NCBI RefSeq assembly: GCF_006345805.1
Contig: NW_021826412.1
Location: 1 to 12,952, forward strand
DNA from: Octopus sinensis
Lineage: Eukaryota
DNA: 12,952 nt
Reading direction: 5' to 3'
In this document: piece after piece, positions 8,501-12,952 of the stretch
How the letters are laid out: each line of letters starts with the position of its first letter
How positions within the stretch are numbered: position 1 is the first letter of the stretch
Notes under the pieces: model-generated
Told to the model about the DNA's origin: nothing
Seen by the model: only the letters and a program-made list of their open reading frames with translations
Database searches by the model: none
Made by a program: the position numbers and the translations under genes

Positions 8501-8830
8501 AGGAGGAGGAGGAGAGAAGAAGAAGAAGAAGAGAAGAAAAGAAGAAGAAGAAGAAGAAGAAGAGAAGAAGAAGAGAAGAAGAAAAGAAGGAAGAAGCAGA
8601 AGAGAAGAAGAAAGGAGAAGAAGAAGGAAGAAGAGAAGGAAGAAGAAGAAGAAGAGAAGGAGAGAAGGAGAATAGAAGAAAGAAGAAGAAGCAAGGATAC
8701 ACGAAGGAGAAGAAGAAAGGAGAAGAAGACAGAGAAGAAGAAGAAAAGAAGAGAGAAGAGAAGAAGAAGAAGAAGATAAGAAGAAGAGAAGAAGAGAAGA
8801 AGAAGAAGAAGAAGAAGAAGAAGAAGAAGA
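8501..8830. repeat. (AAG)n/(GAG)n polypurine tract
   Basis: Direct reading; source of the poly-R/K/E and poly-F/L/S ORFs. Confidence 0.96.
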
Positions 8831-9377
8831 CAACGAAAAAGAAAAGGTTGTCGACTAGTTGAAGAATACCAGCCAATCTATCGAGGAATAGATTTGATAA
8901 TGCTGATAAAAAGATTCCAAGAATATTAGATTTGGAAACTACTCCTGTCTAATACGCAGGAGAATGTGCATTCCTCATACGACAGCTTTTACAAGATCTG
9001 CCTGTCCCCCACGTCCCGTTCCTCCACTTTGGCAAAACAACAACAAAATTTCGAAGTAAGGAAAAGAGAGTTAAAACGTTTCGGTAATGTTGTACAGGCT
9101 TGTCTTAAATAAATCATGGAGTTATGATTATGGATGTGGTTATGGCAGCCATATTGTTAACGTTACTGGGTAAGCATGTCCTTCCTTCCTTCTTCTTTCC
9201 TCCCTCTCTCCTTCGTTCCTCCATTTTTTCTTGCTTTCTTTCTATATTTATTTATTTATTTATTTATTTACGTATTTCTTTAGCGTTATGTTGTCCAGGC
9301 AAATTTTGGTTTAGATAGATGGGTAGATGGATGGACAGAATGATGGAATACATAAGTATTAATCGTTAGTGTCTTTA

Positions 9378-9446
9378 TACGTATATATATATATGTTTAT
9401 ACATGCGCATATATATATCTATATATATATATATATATATATATAG

Positions 9447-9480
<34 letters not shown>

Positions 9481-9492
9481 ATATATATAATA

Positions 9493-9539
<47 letters not shown>

Positions 9540-9545
9540 ATATTA
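9378..9545. repeat. (AT)n microsatellite
   Basis: Direct reading. Confidence 0.96.
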
Positions 9546-9740
9546 ATAAAAGGAATTCCAACCTTGTCTGATTTTTACGTTTTATTTACAATCTTATAAT
9601 GATATATATAATATAATAATAAAATAAATAATAGAATGTTAAATGTTCATTCTGATTGAACTAGTACTTTCATGCAAAAAAATTATGCAATATTCAGGTT
9701 CATGTACTAGTGGTGACAGTCATGCTTCACAATTTTTGAC

Positions 9741-9741
<1 letters not shown>

Positions 9742-9780
<39 letters not shown>

Positions 9781-9845
9781 ATAAATACATACAATACATA
9801 TACATGTATTTGTATACATACAGACACAAACAGAGAGACACAGAC
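9742..9845. repeat. (AT)/(ATAC)/(AGAC)n microsatellite
   Basis: Direct reading. Confidence 0.88.
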
Positions 9846-10080
9846 AGCCCTCACAACACATGGTTTGTAATCAAGTCAAATCAAGTAACTATACTTTGAA
9901 AGCATTTAATACGCACGTTTCAAAAATAGGATATTCAGTCCCTCACGCAAACCTTCAGTTATATACATATACATGCATGTATGCATGCATACACGCGCAC
10001 ACACAGACACACACATATGTAAATCTAATTGAGAAAGACGTTGACAAACTGAGGCATATATATATATATATATATACACC

Positions 10081-10320
10081 AAGTAAGTTAGGGGTTGTGG
10101 ATCCAACCCACTAAGGGATAATACTTATCCAATATACTGTTGGTATAATACCCAAGTACCTCATTTTTAACTGTCTTCAACCTCAATAAATTGACTTGTA
10201 AAAGCATAAAAAATTATTTTATCCAAAGGCTGAAACAGCTGTAAGAGTGATTTTAATGATTTCACTAATTTATATTAAGGTTTTTATAATTGTATTCTTA
10301 TCTTATATGTATTGAATTAT
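10081..10320. mobile_element. Decayed interspersed repeat remnant, possibly Penelope-like terminal region
   Basis: agttaggggttgtggatccaacccactaagggata...aaaggctgaaacagctgtaagagtg follows an AT tract. It resembles an octopus repeat I recall; the gaaacagctgta word is like the 3' half of a Penelope-type hammerhead. Unverified. Confidence 0.3.
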
Positions 10321-10329
10321 AAATGGGAC

Positions 10330-10486
10330 GCCAGACCATCGTAGAGAGTTATCTATCGCTAACTGGATCGGAACAACGTGAAATGAAGCGTTCTGCTAAA
10401 AAAAAAAAAAAAACGCCCGGTCCGGGAATCGAAACGACGATGGCGAGTGCGTGCAACACTCTAACCACTGGACCATGTATCATCAC
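10330..10486 (-). mobile_element. tRNA-derived SINE family B, diverged, with an internal A16 run
   Basis: ggaacaacgtgaaatgaagcg...cccggtccgggaatcgaaac (B-box, 10424-10435)...ctaaccactggaccatg aligns with 2060-2186. A16 at 10398-10413. Confidence 0.82.
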
Positions 10487-10777
10487 TGAACTTCCGTAGA
10501 TGTAATGAAATTTCTCCTAATAAATCAAAGAATATGAACAACAGAACGGATGCTGAAAAACATAGAAATACTGAAGAAAACATGTTTGTCTAGACTTTAG
10601 ATTTGTAAATGTTTTCATAACACTTCCTAAATCATTTTTACAATATCATTTTATATTCACAAAACAAAATTGCCAAATAATTTAATATCTTATGTCATGA
10701 ACGACCGTAAATATATCTTATAAGATTTAGTCAACAAAATCTCCCTATCTCTCTCCGTCTTTGTCTCTCTCGTGGCA

Positions 10778-10886
10778 ACAGATATAGATACCGTGCGTAT
10801 TATACTTAATGCAATCTTGTAACGTATTATAGATACAGATATAGATACCGTGCGTATTATACTTAATGCATCTTGTAACGTATTAT
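10778..10886. repeat. 57-bp-period perfect tandem duplication (2 copies)
   Basis: Copy 1 at 10778-10830 and copy 2 at 10835-10886 are identical except a 1-nt indel (gcaatc/gcatc). Confidence 0.95.
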
Positions 10887-11496
10887 TGTTGAGGAATTTA
10901 ACTTATTTTATCAGAAGATTCAAATCTCTTGGAACTAATTCTTTCGCGATATCTAGCTCATTCAAAAGATCACATCCGTTAATATTACTATTTTCGTGAT
11001 ACTTTTAACTTATCGTTCAAATCTTGACATACTAATCTCAGATTATTTGATTTCATTTGCAGGCAAATATTTAATGCTATTTTAAAACCCTTCATCGGTT
11101 AGTGAAACTTTGTAGCTGTCTTAGTACGACTGACACAGAATTAAAAGCTGTGTTCACTATTACATTCAACATATGATCTCTTTTTAATCTTTTAGTGTCG
11201 TCTGCGTTTAAACACGACGCCATTGCCAACATATTCCTATTAACTTTCTATCTGCCATATTTGTTTTTACTTTAAAGAAAAAAATAAGTTCGACGTCTAA
11301 TTATGTAGGTAATTAATTAGCTGATGTTAGTACTTTTCCATATTCATTTGTCAGTTAGTGATACTAAAGATACTAATCGTTAACGAAGCTGCAGCAGACG
11401 TTTCCACAAAGGCGCAATGTATAGTTCTAGTGACACCATTATCTCTGTCTGAGACATCACACCAGACATTCATCATCGCCAGAAAACCGTATTCAC

Positions 11497-11556
11497 CTGT
11501 TAACGATGCGACAGTCTCTGCTTCATGTCGCATCGCGGGATCAGAGGCAAACGTAT
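11497..11556 (-). other. Candidate 60-nt internal coding exon (phase 1-1), (D)TFASDPAMRHEAETVASLT(G)
   Basis: ctttttattaactatcAG|AT...ACAG|GTGAAT; open and frame-preserving; lies in the largest non-repetitive block. No homology recognised. Confidence 0.2.
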
Positions 11557-12100
11557 CTGATAGTTAATAAAAAGCCTGGATTCCTGTAATTCCATATTTA
11601 AAGTCGTTGACACATTCTAATCAGAATTCCCATCTTGTCACACATAAAGATTTTGTAATGATACGTCTAACCCTTTTGATATTAATCTGCCTAGGTTCTA
11701 TGATACAATTTAACTGTTTTAAAGAGATATAAATTAAAGCCATTACAGCGAAGAAAAACACGTATTAGCTGTACAAAAACATACAAAAACTTTTGACTTC
11801 ACTCGAATATTTATTATTTGCTGTCAAAATTTTCATCGCATCAACCGCGACCTGCTTAATGAGGCAGCTTTACTGTTGTTCAGCACACATACGTTTCGGA
11901 GTTGTAAATATAATTTAGCGCCTATAGACACGGTCTCTAACGAAATCACAGGCCTGGAAAGTTACTACTCCTCAATGAAAACCTTTCATCATGGTTTCAC
12001 GATATTTTAAGTTCCAAATATTTGTTTAATGATGAAAATGTTTGCTAAATTCTCCGTTATCCTCAAAATTAATTGAAAAAACAACAACAAAAATGTATTT

Positions 12101-12788
12101 TTTCTACTATAAGTACAAGGCCTAAAATTTGGGGGAAGGGATTAGTCGATTACATTGACTCCAGTGTTTCACTGGTACTTAATTTATCGACCCTGAAAGG
12201 ATGAAAGGCAAAAGTCGACCTCGGCGGAATTTGAACTCAGAACGTAGCGGCAGACGAAATACCTATTTCTTTATTACCCACAAGGGGCTACAAACAGAGA
12301 GGACTAACAAGGGCAGACAAATGGATTAAGTTGATTATATCGATCCCTGTGCGTAACTGGTACTTATTTAATCGACCCCGAAAGGATAAAAGATAAAGTC
12401 GACCTCGGCGGATTTTGAATTCAGAACGTAACGGCAGACGAAATACCTATTTCTTAACTATCCAAAAGGGGCTAAACACAGAGTATACAAGCAAGGACAG
12501 ACAAACGGATTAATTCGATTATATCGAACCGAGTGGGTAAGTAGTACTTATTTAATCGACCCCTAAAGGATGAAAAGCAAAGTCGACCTAGACGGAATTT
12601 GAACTCAGAACGTAACGGTAGACGAAATAACTATTTCTTTACTACCCACAAGGGGCTAAACACAGAGAGGACAAACAAGGACAGACAAACGGATAAAGTC
12701 GATTATATCGACCCCAGTGCGTGACTGCTACTTATTTAATCGACCCCGAAAGGATGAAAGGCAAAATCGACCTCGGCGGAATTTGAAC
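12101..12788 (-). repeat. Tandem array of four SINE-family-D-derived units, period 184 bp
   Basis: The (g/a)tcgacct block starts at 12214, 12398, 12582 and 12766; ctatttc junctions at 12263, 12447 and 12631. Confidence 0.95.
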
Positions 12789-12828
12789 AAGTGCTCTACC
12801 CTTATTGCAGCCCCTATATATTCCATGT

Positions 12829-12883
12829 ACTATTATCATCGTCATCATCATGATCATCATGATCATCATGATCATGATCATGA

Positions 12884-12922
<39 letters not shown>

Positions 12923-12946
12923 TATTATTATTATTATTATTATTAA
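12829..12946. repeat. (ATC)/(CATGAT)/(ATT)n microsatellite
   Basis: Direct reading. Confidence 0.95.
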
Positions 12947-12952
12947 TCAGTA

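Noticed and set aside
8400-9000. Faint RLE-like words flanking the AAG tract (RVDAIMLVKRKTNK; LVEEYQPI)
   Set aside because: Too weak to separate from chance without an alignment.
237-10114. Low-complexity ORFs in the supplied track (poly-I/Y, C/V, H/T, L, R/K/E, S)
   Set aside because: They are translations of microsatellites, open only because the repeat units lack stops.
10571-10600. CTGAAGA followed by the palindrome aaacatgttt as a hammerhead ribozyme
   Set aside because: No GAAA after stem II. Likewise, CTGACGA at 3970 and CTGAAGA at 7148 lie in LINE coding remnants without the rest of the fold.
11030-11100. Strong-looking + strand splice acceptors at 11061-11062 (with tactaat upstream) and 1638-1639
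   Set aside because: No convincing donor or peptide follows; such motifs are frequent in AT-rich DNA.
12101-12788. CRISPR array or hammerhead-containing retrozyme
   Set aside because: There are no unique spacers and the units are SINE-homologous. I found no CTGANGA...GAAA hammerhead core on either strand of the unit.

Overview
AT-rich, repeat-saturated eukaryotic non-coding DNA (intergenic or intronic). The repeat families look like those I recall from Octopus genomes; this is inference from recall, not a database result. There is no recognisable host protein-coding gene, rRNA, true tRNA or CRISPR array. Nearly all ORFs in the supplied track are microsatellite translations or antisense to repeats. 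The window holds many long compound microsatellites (AAT, GAT, AT, AC/GT, AGAT, AAG) and about a dozen copies or fragments of 3-4 tRNA-derived SINE families. It also holds two remnants of R4/Dong-type RLE non-LTR retrotransposons that the ORF track misses. One is old, about 1.8 kb and split by later insertions (2187-3990). The other is a younger 3' end sitting in an (AAT)n array (7097-7510). The most distinctive structure is an exact 184-bp-period tandem array of A-box-less SINE units with palindromic junctions (12101-12788). Other points of interest are a SINE-in-SINE insertion with an 11-bp target-site duplication, a ~250-bp fold-back inside an (AT)n tract, and two weak 60-nt exon candidates. 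I found no convincing novel gene system.
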